64,000 bases of DNA from Octopus vulgaris (GCA_951406725.2 OX597837.1:7130001-7194000), one strand, 5' to 3'. Shown: positions 25,725 through 38,045, counted from the stretch's first letter. Program-made: numbers and translations. The notes: a model not told the origin generated them from the sequence alone.

Positions 25725-25880
25725 GCGTATGTGTTGTATGTATATATGTGTGTGTGTATCTGTGCGCGTGTATATATGCATATGCTTGTGTGTACATATA
25801 TGTGTATGCATTTGTGTGTGTATATGCGAATGTACATACATGTGTATATGCGTGCGCCCGTATATATATATATATACTCT
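24470..25880. repeat. 1.4-kb compound microsatellite (TA)n-GCGTATGT
   Basis: Direct inspection; source of the 380-500 aa Y/I ORFs. Confidence 0.95.
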
Positions 25881-26141
25881 TTTCCACTGATGCTTCAAAC
25901 TTACCACTGAGTGTGTCTGTATACTTGAGTGAGTGTATATTTATTTGTGCGTCAGGTCGAAGGAATAATTGGAAGGAATAGATAGAATTCTAATTAAGTT
26001 AATTTTCGAAGTGTTGAAGTAACAAATTCTATGAATATTTCGACATTGTTGCCATGTTTGACTGGAGGGCAAATGTGTTTAAAGTTGTTTGTCTTTAATA
26101 CAAGGTTCAATAACTCGGCATCTATTGTAGTCGGCGCCAGC

Positions 26142-26190
<49 letters not shown>

Positions 26191-26594
26191 GCACGTATGT
26201 GTGTATGGAATAAGAAAGCGCCCATATATATATATATATATATATATATTAGTTTCATGTGTGCGTATGAATATTATTCGTTTATCAGTGTGTAATACGC
26301 AAGCACGTATATCTGCGCATTCGTGTTTATGCGTATGCATTTGTGTATGTGTGGGCATATATATTTGTTTCTACACAAACAAAAGCGAGTGAATGAATTG
26401 ATTCGAGCGGACGGGCGAACCAGTACCAAAAGAGTGCAGCACAACAGAACAGTGGTCACAGTGCGTTTAAAAATGTTGTGGATGAATTTTGTCATCGAAA
26501 TATTTAAGCCAAATGGGTACCTACCAGTTGACATCCCCCACCTCATACCCCACCTCCGATCTCAAGGAAAGAAGTGTGGGCACCAGCACTGAGT

Positions 26595-26912
26595 TTGCTG
26601 GAAGTGTTTCAAAGACGGAAGAAATGCCGCTAAGCATTTTGTCCGGCGTGCTAACGATTCTGCTAGCATACCGCCTTTTTCATCTTGTTTAAATTGGTTT
26701 CAAATGTTGGCACAAGGCCAGCAATTTCGTTGGAGGGATTAAGTCGATACGCCAACTCCAGTGTTCGACTGGTACTTATTTTATCGACCCCCAAAAAACA
26801 TGAAATGCATAGTGGACCTCGGTGGAATTTAAATTCGGATCGTAAAGACAAACGAACTGCCTTTTGCTAAACATTTTGTCCTGCGAGCTCGCAATTCTGC
26901 CAGCTCGCCACT
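26595..26912 (-). mobile_element. Degenerate family B SINE copies
   Basis: gaaatgccgctaagcatttt..gctaacgattctgc and ggcacaaggcc..ggtacttattttatcgaccc. Confidence 0.7.
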
Positions 26913-26981
26913 TTAAATATGAACTCCGAAGAGTCATACATACCCCGGTTGAGAACCAATGTTGTAGAAAGTGGCTATGCC

Positions 26982-27197
26982 TATTTCTTTACTATCCACA
27001 AGGGGCTAAACACAGAGGGGACAAACAAGGACAGACAAACGGACTAAGTTGATTATATCGAATCCAGTGCATAACTGGTACTTAATATATCGACCCGAAA
27101 GGCAAAGTCGACCTCGGCGGAATTTGAACTCAGAACGTAACAGCAGACGAAATACCGCTGAGCATTTCGCCCGGCGTGCTAACGATTCTGCTAGCTC
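26982..27197 (-). mobile_element. Family B SINE (Tx1-tail type) monomer with ~21-bp TSD
   Basis: TSD gttgtagaaagtggctatgcc (26961-26981) / gttgtagaaagtgactatacc (27198-27218). Confidence 0.85.
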
Positions 27198-27699
27198 GTT
27201 GTAGAAAGTGACTATACCGTGAACAGCGGGTGGTTGATTGAGACATTAACGAAAACATTTAGAACAGCCCTTAAACCTCTTGGGTCACCCAGACCGATTC
27301 ATCGACCCATGTGATACAGGCTGAGAGGATTTTGACGCCGATCCATCGGCCCAAATGACACAAGCTGAAATGACATTGAGACCGATCCATCGGCCCGATG
27401 AAACAAATGTGAAATGGTTGGTTTTGAAGTGTTATAGCTAATCAGAGATCGTCTATCAGTCGATTTATCTGAATAGATAAAAAAAAATTGGGGTTTTTTG
27501 GCTATACTTAACAAAACATTGTGTCTCAAAAGAGTTAGCAAGAAGGGGCAGAATAAGAATCTGTAAATGACCCTCATTCACAATGATAATGTCGAAGTAC
27601 ATAAAGATTTGGCAGCAAATCAGGAAAACGACATATTGGACTTGTCAGTGGTTCCACCGTACAATCTGCTCCGATTTCCACCTGTTTGGTTCAGTGAAA

Positions 27700-27845
27700 G
27701 GCAATCTTTAGAGACTGGCAACCAGTCGGTTTCGACGACGCGGGTCCCAGTTGATTCGACCAACGGAACGACTTGTTCGTGACCTTGACGTGCGAGTGGC
27801 TGAAGCACTCAGCAGACACGCGTACGCTTCACGTACTTCTCACAA
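27700..27845 (-). mobile_element. Family C SINE 3' fragment
   Basis: Reverse-complement similarity to 3825-3950; another fragment lies at ~57030-57140. Confidence 0.65.
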
Positions 27846-28089
27846 CGTTAGAAAGCCGATCTGAGAGAAAAATTGGCTGTTATTTCTTGCATGTATAACG
27901 GCCTGCTACAGTTGTTTGCTCGGCGGGTCATGGTTTTCTAGCGTTATTGTATGCTGCGTTTTATTTTGACGATTAAAACGTGGAAACAATGGTGATTGAT
28001 TCGATGAGATTTATTTGAAACAATTAGGAACAATGAATTAATCTACAATGCACAGCACTCTAAAAACAGCCTGCCCCCGCATTTAAATA

Positions 28090-29270
28090 AATGTGTGTGT
28101 GAGAGAGAAAAACAGATTGTATATGTATGTATATATGTGTACATATATATATATGTAAATATGTGTGTATGAATGTGTGTATATAGATATGTGTGTGTAT
28201 ATATATATATATGTATATATATGTGTGTATATATGTGTGTATATATACGTATATGTGTGTATATATATATGTATATATGTGTGTATATATATATATGTAT
28301 ATATGTATGTGTGTATATATATGTACATATGTGTATATACGTGTGTGTATATCTATATAAGTATATATATATGTGTTTGTGTATATGTGTGTGTATATCT
28401 ATATAAGTATATATATGTTTGTGCGTATATGTGTATATATATATAAATATATATATATATGTTTATATATATTACTAGATATATCAATATGTAAATATAT
28501 ATATACATGTATATATGTATGTTTATGTATATATATATATGTATGTTTATGTATATATATATATGTATATGTATGTTTATGTATATATGTATTTGTATAT
28601 GTAAGTATATGTGTACATACATTTGCTTAAACGCAAACACGCATACACACATATACATATATATATATAAGTATATTTTCTTGTAAACAAATATATAAAC
28701 ATATGTATATACGACGAAGACAGAAGGAAAGACTCTGTGTATGTGTTTGAGTGAATAAATGTGAATAAATAATAGACAAAATTCCGAAAATGTCGGCCAA
28801 AAAATATAAAAAGAAGCCGAAATGTTTCTTCCTTATAATTGATGTTTTACTGTTGTTTTTGCCGCTTAAAGTACTCCACTACAGGAGACAAATAAAAGCA
28901 TCTTGATATCCAACAGTCTCACACATCGCAGCCACGCAACCAAAGAATATATATATACATACATACATACAGAAACAGGCGGCTATACAGCGTTATTCTA
29001 ATTCCATAGACATACGGATGGGGATGACGAAGACACACATTCCTCCCATGGACACATTGAAATTATATGCACTGTACACATTTATAAACAAACATACGCA
29101 AACATAACTCAGACGTGGGCATGAACATACATACATCCATGTGTGTGTGTGTGCATGTAAGTAGAAATACAAATATATACACACACACATACATAGATAT
29201 ATATATATACACACTTATATATACATATATATATATACACACATATATACGCATATATATATACATACAT

Positions 29271-29301
<31 letters not shown>

Positions 29302-29516
29302 CACACACATATATATGTACACACACACACATAGATATATATATACACACACTTATATATACATATATATATACACACATATATATACGCATATATATAT
29401 ACACACACACATATATATATGAATAAGTTAATGTGTGTATGTATGTATATTTATACATTTATATAGGTATCTCTATATATTTAGGCGTGTACACACACAC
29501 AAACACATATATCTAC

Positions 29517-29550
<34 letters not shown>

Positions 29551-29615
29551 GTAGGTATGCACTTACATTAATACTAATACGTATATACATACACACAACG
29601 AGAGAGAGAAAGAAA

Positions 29616-29652
<37 letters not shown>

Positions 29653-29690
29653 CGTGTAAATATATATGTATACACACACACATGAATATT
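28090..29690. repeat. (TA)/(TG)/(CA) low-complexity tracts
   Basis: Direct inspection. Confidence 0.85.
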
Positions 29691-30211
29691 CAAAATGTCA
29701 GCCACAATAATAATAATAATAAATAACAATAATAATATAGCAGCGTTGACGAAAACAATGAAAAACATGAAGAAGAAAAAAAAACCCAATTTCCAACGAT
29801 AACATAAATAAATACATTCTCTCCTCTCTTCAATACTTTAATTGTTAAATCAACAATGTATAAATCTAATATTTGGTTTGTCAACGTAAAACTCTGTTGG
29901 CTGTCGTCCTCCCCATCGTTTTCTAAATTAATATATATTAGTTTTATTTTAAATAATGAATTTCTATAATTCGCAGAAGTAATTCACATGTAAAGCAATA
30001 GGTAGGTTACTATTAACATACATAATTCTGTGTGTGTAGGTGTGTGAGGGAGAGAGAGAGGGGGTGTATATTTATGAACACAATGAATATAAATATATAT
30101 ATAAGTACACATATACACATACACGTATGCATGCGTATTTTCGCTTGCGTACATCGTGTATATTCTTGTATATATTTTCCCCTGTGTGAGCGTATTTAAA
30201 TATCTATGGTA

Positions 30212-30275
<64 letters not shown>

Positions 30276-30278
<3 letters not shown>

Positions 30279-30442
30279 GAGAATTCACAAATAGCAAAAG
30301 ACGAAGTCAGATGGTGTAGGCAACAAAGAGATGTATTAATATAACGCTCGGGAAGTGAACAAGTCTTTAACGTTTCGAGCCGACGCTCTTCCACAGAAAG
30401 GAACACAGAAAAGAGGAGAAAAAAATAAAGAGAGAAAATACC

Positions 30443-30473
<31 letters not shown>

Positions 30474-30625
30474 TAAAGACAGGTGGTGTAGACAACAAAC
30501 AGATGTATTAGTTTAACGCTCAGGAAGTGAAAAGGTCTTTAACGTTTCGAGCCTACGCTCCTTCACAGAAAGGAAACAAGGAGAGAAAATAAAGAATGTG
30601 TAGTGACTAGCGATCTATCATGGCG
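30276..30625 (-). mobile_element. Two tandem Penelope-pLTR-like repeats, each with a hammerhead-like motif (third copy ~61622-61810)
   Basis: Minus strand cttt-CTGTGGA-a-GAGC(gtcg)GCTC-GAAA-CG-TT-aaag at 30365-30400; variant copy at 30537-30572. Confidence 0.6.
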
Positions 30626-30659
30626 AATATATTGTTGTATTTAGGGACGGTCATATTGC

Positions 30660-31272
30660 CAATTTGGCCATTGAGAACACATGCACTATATATTTGGTGT
30701 TCACTTGCTTCAGCTTTATTCCATATTAATTGTATTTCGTAACACTTCTGTGGCCTCATCAGTGGTCCTTTACTTCCTTCTTTCTTTATTTTTTGTGTCT
30801 CTCCTTCCTAATGACCTGCCATTTTGTATTCCTGTTGTATGTCTTTATTTGCGCATGCGTATACCCCTCTGTGTGTTTCTATGTTTAGTAAGTATGTGGG
30901 GGGGGCGAATGTGTATGGTACCTGCATTATCAGTATCCCCTGTTTATTCACGTTCGTTTAATTTCTTTTAAACTTAATTTATTATATTTTGTTTATGTAC
31001 ATAATTAATGAATTCCATTTATTTATCTGTCTATAGTATTAGTTTATTATTATTAATTCATGGGATTTTATTCTGTCGTAGGTTGTGGTGTATGTGGAGA
31101 GGGGTGCTAGTGTTCCATTCTAGTTTTCTATTTAGGCTAGATTTATCTTCTATTATGCGTGTAGCTTCCTTAATTTGTCTAAGCGTTGCGTCCGTTCTTG
31201 TGATGCCTCCGTTAGATTTTGTTTTATGTATGAATGAGCTACTCCACGTCGGACACCGGAGTGGTATTTGAT
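30660..31272 (-). pseudogene. Penelope-like retroelement 3' remnant (GIY-YIG endonuclease C-terminus plus 3' repeat)
   Basis: Minus-strand translation of ~31207-31080 gives TDATLRQIKEATRIIEDKSSLNRKLEWN, matching the R-x-I-x-EA-xx-I...LN-x-K-x-EW tail of PLE GIY-YIG domains; degenerate hammerhead at ~30721-30768. Confidence 0.7.
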
Positions 31273-31280
31273 CACTATAG

Positions 31281-31863
31281 GGCGGCGAGCTGCAGAATTG
31301 TTAGCACGTCGGGCGAAACGCTTAGTGGTATTTCGTCTGTCTTTATGTTCTGAGTTCAAATTCCGCCGAAGTCGACTTTGCCTTTCATCCTTTCGGGGTC
31401 GATAAATTAAGTACCAGTTACGCACTGGGGTCGATATAATCGACTTAATCCGTTTGTCTGTCCTTGTTTGTCCTCTCTGCGTTTAGCCCCTTGTGGGTTG
31501 TAAAGAAATAGGTATTTCGTCTGCCGCTACGTTCTGAGTTCAAATTCCGCCGAGGTCGACTTTGCTTTTCATCCTTTCGGGGACGATTAAATACATACCA
31601 GTTACGCATTGGGGTCGATATAATCGACTTAATCCGTTTGTCTGTCCCCTCTGTGTTTAGCCCCTTGTGGGTTGTAAAGAAATAGGTATTTCGTCTGCCG
31701 CTACGTTCTGAGTTCAAACTCCGCCGAGGTCGACTTTGCCTTTCATCCTTTCGAGCTCGATAAATTAAGTACCAGTTACGCATTGTGGTCGATATAATCG
31801 ACTTAATCTGTTTGTCTGTCCTTGTTTGTCCCCTCTGTGTTTAGCCCCTTGTGGGTAGTAAAG
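31281..31863 (+). mobile_element. Family B SINE trimer (Tx1-tail type)
   Basis: Junctions gaaata|ggtatttcgtctgccg at 31510/1 and 31684/5. Confidence 0.9.
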
Positions 31864-32252
31864 ATTAAAAATTCTTTGAGAATATGTAAGAGTTCAAACC
31901 ATGCCTCTATTTTATTATTTTTTATCTCAAAACATTAACATTATTTCTATTATACTTTATCCTGGTAAATCTTCTTCACCGATGATATCATATTGCGCCC
32001 GTGGGACATTTACACACCAGTTGTCGCAAACCAAGCGATCAAGTACTAGATTTCTTTTTAGCTATTTTTTTAAATTTAGAACCTTTACTTAAAAACATTC
32101 TTATAAAATGTTTTCTGTTGTTACAGAATAAAAGCACGATATTTAATTCCATTTTATAACACCAAAAATATTTGGCACTTTACGTTTCTATTGGCGAATC
32201 ATCCGATTTTGCCTCCCACTTCTCTCTCTCTCTGTTGTTCTTCTTCAGTCTT

Positions 32253-32300
32253 TTATTATTATTATTATTATTATCATTATTATTATTATTATCATTATTA

Positions 32301-32343
<43 letters not shown>

Positions 32344-32462
32344 TATTATTATTATCATTATTATTATTATTATCATTATTATTATTATTATTATTACTAT
32401 TATTATTATTACTATTATTATTATCATTATTATTATTATTATTATCATTATTATCATTATTA

Positions 32463-32505
<43 letters not shown>

Positions 32506-32624
32506 TATTATTATTACTGTTATTATTATCATTATTATTATCATTATTATCATTATTATTATCATTATTATTATTATTATTATCATTATTATTATTATTA
32601 TTATCATTATTATTATTATTATCA

Positions 32625-32655
<31 letters not shown>

Positions 32656-32753
32656 TATCATTATTATTATTATTATCATTATTATTATTATTATTATTAT
32701 CATTATTATCATTATTATCATTATTATTATTATCATTATTATCATTATTATTA

Positions 32754-32810
<57 letters not shown>

Positions 32811-32868
32811 CTATTATTATTATTACTATTATTATTATCATTATTATTATTATTATTATTATTATTAC
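32253..32868. repeat. (ATT/ATC)n microsatellite, ~615 bp
   Basis: Direct inspection; explains the poly-L/Y/I ORFs. Confidence 0.95.
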
Positions 32869-33095
32869 ATTAAATCTCGTGATTTAATAAAATTCATAAC
32901 GACTGAACGATGACTACAGACAAAGACAAGCAAATAGACGGATATCTTCTGGCTCTGACATGTTTTCTTAATTTAAGAATAGGACTTGTTTTAGAATTCC
33001 GGAACTACTTGGATGTAAACACGATTTTTATTTTACAGAAATTTGAAATATTTTAAAAAACATAGGAATACTCTTTATGATGAATAGCTATGCGT

Positions 33096-33260
33096 AGGCG
33101 CAGTCATGGCTGTGTGGTAAGAAGCTTGCTTCCCAACCACATGGTTCCGCGTTCAGTCCCACTGCGTGGCACCTTAGATAAGAATCTTCTACTATAACCT
33201 CGGGCCGACCAAAGCCTTGTGAGCGGATTTGGAAGGTGGAAACTGAAAGAAATCCATGCC

Positions 33261-33302
<42 letters not shown>

Positions 33303-33455
33303 TGTGTGTGTGTATTTGTTCCCCACCAGAGCTTGACAACCGATGTTGGTGTGTTTACATCCCCGCCACTAGCGGTTCGGAAAAAGTACGGGGCTTTTAG
33401 AAAAGAGTACTGGGGTCGATTCCTTCGACTACAAATTCTTCAAAGCGGTGCCCTC
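33096..33455 (+). mobile_element. Family A SINE
   Basis: Head, CORE, internal (CA)n(TG)n and ggggtcgattccttcgact. Confidence 0.8.
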
Positions 33456-33789
33456 TAATTACTAAAGCAAAGTAAACTATACACCTAGAAACTCCGCACG
33501 TGCGTGAGCATTCCTAGATATGTATGTATAGATGTATACATCGGCACAAAAGTAGAATGCACACTGTCGGATATGCAGCCTAGCATCATGGCCAGTACAG
33601 TTTCATCAGGGCTCCCACACTCTGACGTTTCGAAGTAAAACTGAAGGAGTCCGCAAACTGAATGAAGTGTTTTGTATGAGGGGCTGCTCTTCGTAGGAGT
33701 CTTGACCTAGTGTTCACCTTTACTAAATGTGGGGGTGTCACGCGAAAGGATCCTAAAAATAGGTCATGGTTGGAATGAAGGTTTCGTCT

Positions 33790-33956
33790 TTTATTCTTAT
33801 TTGCTTCAGGCATTTCACTGCGACCATGCTGGAGCACTGCCTTTAGTCGAACAAATTGATCTTAGGGCTTATTCTATGTAAGTCTAGTACTTATTCTTTC
33901 GTTCTCTTTTGCCGAACCGCTAAGTTACGGGGACCTAAACCGCTAAGTTACGGGGA
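33790..33956 (-). mobile_element. Family A SINE 3' fragment
   Basis: Reverse-complement tail; ends in a local duplication of ccgctaagttacgggga. Confidence 0.75.
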
Positions 33957-34945
33957 TCTCACTTCGAGCCCTATCGATGGTGCCTTCTCACTTCGACCCC
34001 TACCGATGGTGCCTTCTCACTTCGAACCCTACCGATGGTACCTTCTCACTTCGACCCCTACGGATGGTGCCTTCTCACTTCGACCCCTACGGATGGTGCC
34101 TTCTCACTTCGACCCCTACCGATGGTACCTTCTCACTTCGACCCCTACGGATGGTGCCTTCTCACTTCGACCCCTACCGATGGCGCCTTCTCACTTCGAC
34201 CCTTACCGATGGCGCCTTCTCACTTCGATCCCCACCAATGGCGTCTTCTGATTCGAGCCCCACCAATGGCGCCTTCTCACTTCGACCCCTACCGATGGCG
34301 CCTTCTCACTTCGACCCCTACAGATGGTACCTTCTCACTTCGAACCCTACCGATGGTACCTTCTCACTTCGACCCCTACGGATGGTGCCTTCTCACTTCG
34401 AACCCTACCAATGGCGCCTTCTCACTTCGACCCTTACCGATGGCGCCTTCTCACTTCGAGCCCCACCAATGGCGTCTTCTGATTCGAGCCCCACCAATGG
34501 CGCCTTCTCACTTTGACCCCTACCGATGGCGTCTTCTGATTCGAGCCCCACCAATGGCGCCTTCTCACTTCGACCCCCACCAATGGCGCCTTCTCACTTC
34601 GACCCTTACCGATGGCGCCTTCTCACTTCGACCCCTACCGATGGCGTCTTCTGATTCAAGCCCCACCAATGGCGCCTTCTCACTTCGACCCCTACCGATG
34701 GCGCCTTCTCACTTCGACCCCTACCGATGGCGCCTTCTCACTTCGACCCCTACGGATGGTGCCTTCTCACTTCGAACCCTACCGACGGCGCCTTCTCACT
34801 TCGAGCCCCACCGACGGCGCCTTCTCACTTCGAGCCCCACCGACGGCGCCTTCTCACTTTGACCCCCACCGATAGCGCCTTCTCACTTCGACCCCTACCG
34901 TTGTCGCCGTCTCACTTAGGGCCTCACAGATGACGCCTTCTCGCT
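33957..34945 (+). repeat. 29-bp GC-rich minisatellite, ~33 copies
   Basis: Unit cttctcacttcgacccctaccgatggcgc with interspersed variant units and no unique spacers. Confidence 0.95.
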
Positions 34946-35682
34946 CTGAATCCCGGCGGCAACGTCCCCTATCTCTCACAAATGGATCACTGATCTACAA
35001 TGTACCAATCAATCACTCATATAAGGATTCATATAAACTATTGTTTCCCCACCTCTCTCCGCATAACAACATTTAGCCTGGTATTTATCGCGCCAATATA
35101 TCTAACATTTCATCAACTTTCAGAAAATTAATATGAATTTTTTTTTTTAAATACACGAAAGAAAAATGAGTTCTTTATTTCTGCGTTTTTCGTTCTTTTG
35201 TCGTTCTTCTTTCTCTTTACAAGATATATCATAGTCTCATAGTTTCTCAAATTGAAATATAAACCTAAATTGTGTTTCGAGTTTGATCTTGGCGCAAGAC
35301 AAATTTGTCGAATGCTATTCCAACACGGCATTACACTATCCAAACATATTGAAATCATTAAATGGAAGAACAGTGCCAAGATTTTATTTGCACTGGTCTT
35401 TCTTCAGTACTTCCAACAATTTCTCTTCGAGACAAAGACAAATATCTTCATACGTCTTAGTACATAACAACTATAAACGTAAGATCTGAAAGAGAATGGG
35501 GGCGTTGCTTTTACATTGTTTTATTTAGAATTTTTTTCTTTCTTTTTAGTGGCGGTGATTTTTTTTTTTTTTTCCTTTTATTTTGGCGCGGATGATGGCG
35601 TATTGTTTGCCAAATATATTTTCATTTTTTTTTCCTTCTGAATTCTGTTCTCTATAATTCACAAACCAATATTTACTCCAGA

Positions 35683-35750
<68 letters not shown>

Positions 35751-35879
35751 GCACACAAACTCACACAAACTGTGTATTAGGTATGAAAGACTTTTATATC
35801 TTGCACATTACGTAAATGTACAGGTGTCCGCGGGTGTGACAGTATAAACACGTCAAGACATAGTTAAGCATATACGTAC

Positions 35880-36562
35880 GTGTGTGTGTATGTGTATGTA
35901 TATATATATATATATATGTATGTATATGTCTGTGTATGTATGCATATATATGTATGTATGTATATGTCTGTATGTATGCATATATATATGTATGTATGTA
36001 TATGTGTGTGCATGTATGTAGGTATATGTGTGTATGCATGCATGTATGTATGTATATGTGTGTATGTATGTCTGTATGTATGTATATGTGTGTATGTATG
36101 CATATATGTATGTGTGTGTATTTATATATGTATGTGTGTGTGTGTATGCATATATGTATGTATGTGTGTGTGTATGTATGCATATATGTGTGTGTGTGTA
36201 TGTATGCATATATGTATGTGTGTGTGTATGTATGCATATATGTATGTGTGTGTATTTATATATGTATGTGTGTGTATTTATATATGTATGTGTGTGTATG
36301 CATATATGTATGTATGTGTGTGTATGCATATATGTATGTATGTGTGTGTATGTATGTATATATGTATGTATGTGTGTGTATGTATGCATATATGTATGTA
36401 TGTGTGTGTGTATGTATGCATATATGTATGTATGTGTGTGTATGTACGCATATATGTATGTGTGTGTATATATGTGTGTGTATATATGTGTATGTACATA
36501 TATGTGGTGTGTGTATGTATGTATGTGTGTATATATATATATGTGTGTGTGTGCGTGCGTGT
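35880..36562. repeat. (TATG/TG)n compound microsatellite
   Basis: Direct inspection. Confidence 0.9.
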
Positions 36563-36988
36563 GAAGGAAAGAGAGGGAGCTACATCGAAACCAGACATAC
36601 ATTTATACGTACGTATGTCTGTGTTCCCAAAACCATCCTACTCGCCGAGCTGACTCTGTGGGGGAGGTCACTGATTTTGTCGCTGATGGCTCGTCATTGT
36701 GCGAAAAGCTTCCGATGAATTTCAGCACCTGACACACATACTACCTTCAAAGCTAAAAGATTATTGTTCCTGAACGTTGTTTCTTCTTTTTTATTTTTTT
36801 GTCTACCACAGACTGCTCGAAACTTACAAACTTCCGACCCCTGTCCTTATTTTTCGTTAAGCCTGGTTCTTATTCCATCGGTCTATTTTACCGAACAGCT
36901 ATGTTTCGGGGAAGTAAACACGCCAGCATCGGTTGTCAAGCGATGTTGGGGAGACACAGAGAAACATATACATATATATATATATATA

Positions 36989-37360
36989 TATAATTAGTGA
37001 ATGGAAGAAATGGAGTTGAACGAAGATTGTACAGAATTCCTTTTATTACATTCTACACATGTTTCAAAGGCCACAATTTTCCAAATTCTGATTAAATAAG
37101 GATTCTGAAAATTGGAAATTGTGGCCTTTGAAACATGTGTAGAATGTAATATAAGGAATTCTGTACAATCTTCGTTCAACTCCATTTCTTCCATTCACTA
37201 ATTATATTAAACTTCAATTATCCGCACCAACGCACGGTTGCAACACCATATGGTCATATCTCCAACCGTGTTTTTTCTGCTGTGATTTTTGCTACCCAGG
37301 TATCGGTTAAACTTTTGAATAATCCATAACAAGATAATTCATCTTTCCATTTCAACAAAT
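36989..37360. repeat. (TA)n-embedded element with ~218-bp near-perfect palindrome (36989-37206)
   Basis: Arms of ~98 bp: tataattagtgaatggaagaaatggagttgaacgaag... / ...cttcgttcaactccatttcttccattcactaattata; non-folded relative at 61310-61550. Confidence 0.8.
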
Positions 37361-37428
37361 ATATATATATATATATTAATAATTTTGGTGTGATATTAAT
37401 TATATTTTTTTAATAATTTTGTCTCTAA

Positions 37429-37528
<100 letters not shown>

Positions 37529-37829
37529 GTTGTATACTGTCAATCTAACACGAATGTGACAGTAGGGGGGTACACCACCGCTGTATAGCCCTAGGAAGCA
37601 TCGACGCCTCCTGATGGCTATGACACATTTTTCCTGCGTCCTTATATACATATACGAAGGGGAGACAAATACCCCCGGCCGCCCGGGCTGCATCTAGGGA
37701 CACGTGTTTCAGGATGATTGTCCTTCGTCGGCCTAGACTAGCAGACACCGGTCAGCTGGTGATATTTGTCTCGACTCGCAGTGTATATATCTAAATTTCA
37801 GTGAAGTCTAAATCTAAATCTAATCTATT

Positions 37830-37879
<50 letters not shown>

Positions 37880-37883
<4 letters not shown>

Positions 37884-38045
37884 GACGGGCTTCTTTCAGT
37901 TTCTGTCTACCAAATCCACTCACAAGGCTTTGGTCGACCCGATAATATAGTAGAAGACACTTGCCCAAGGTGCCACGCAGTAGGACTGAACGCTGAACCA
38001 CGTGGTTGGTAAGCAAGCCACTTACCACACAGCCACTCTTGCGCC
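37880..38045 (-). mobile_element. Family A SINE 5' half
   Basis: Reverse complement of head and CORE ending in (TA)n. Confidence 0.8.

Noticed and set aside
24454-25981. ORFs of 380-500 aa on both strands (also at 16.7-18.0, 35.8-36.7 and 62.8-64.0 kb)
   Set aside because: Read-through of (TA)/(TG) microsatellites giving Y/I/C/V/H/T repeats; no coding signature
27282-27573. Possible Harbinger-like MITE (gggtca...tgaccc ends)
   Set aside because: TIR match is too short and imperfect, with no consistent TSD
32172-32913. Poly-Leu/Tyr/Ile ORFs
   Set aside because: Trinucleotide microsatellite
33595-33705. Minus-strand GAAACGTC...CTGATGA as a type II hammerhead
   Set aside because: No stem I hairpin between the motifs; at best a decayed Penelope end
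33957-34945. CRISPR-like appearance of the 29-bp repeat, and its 130-275 aa ORFs
   Set aside because: Contiguous units without unique spacers, no cas genes, eukaryotic context; the ORFs cycle through all three frames
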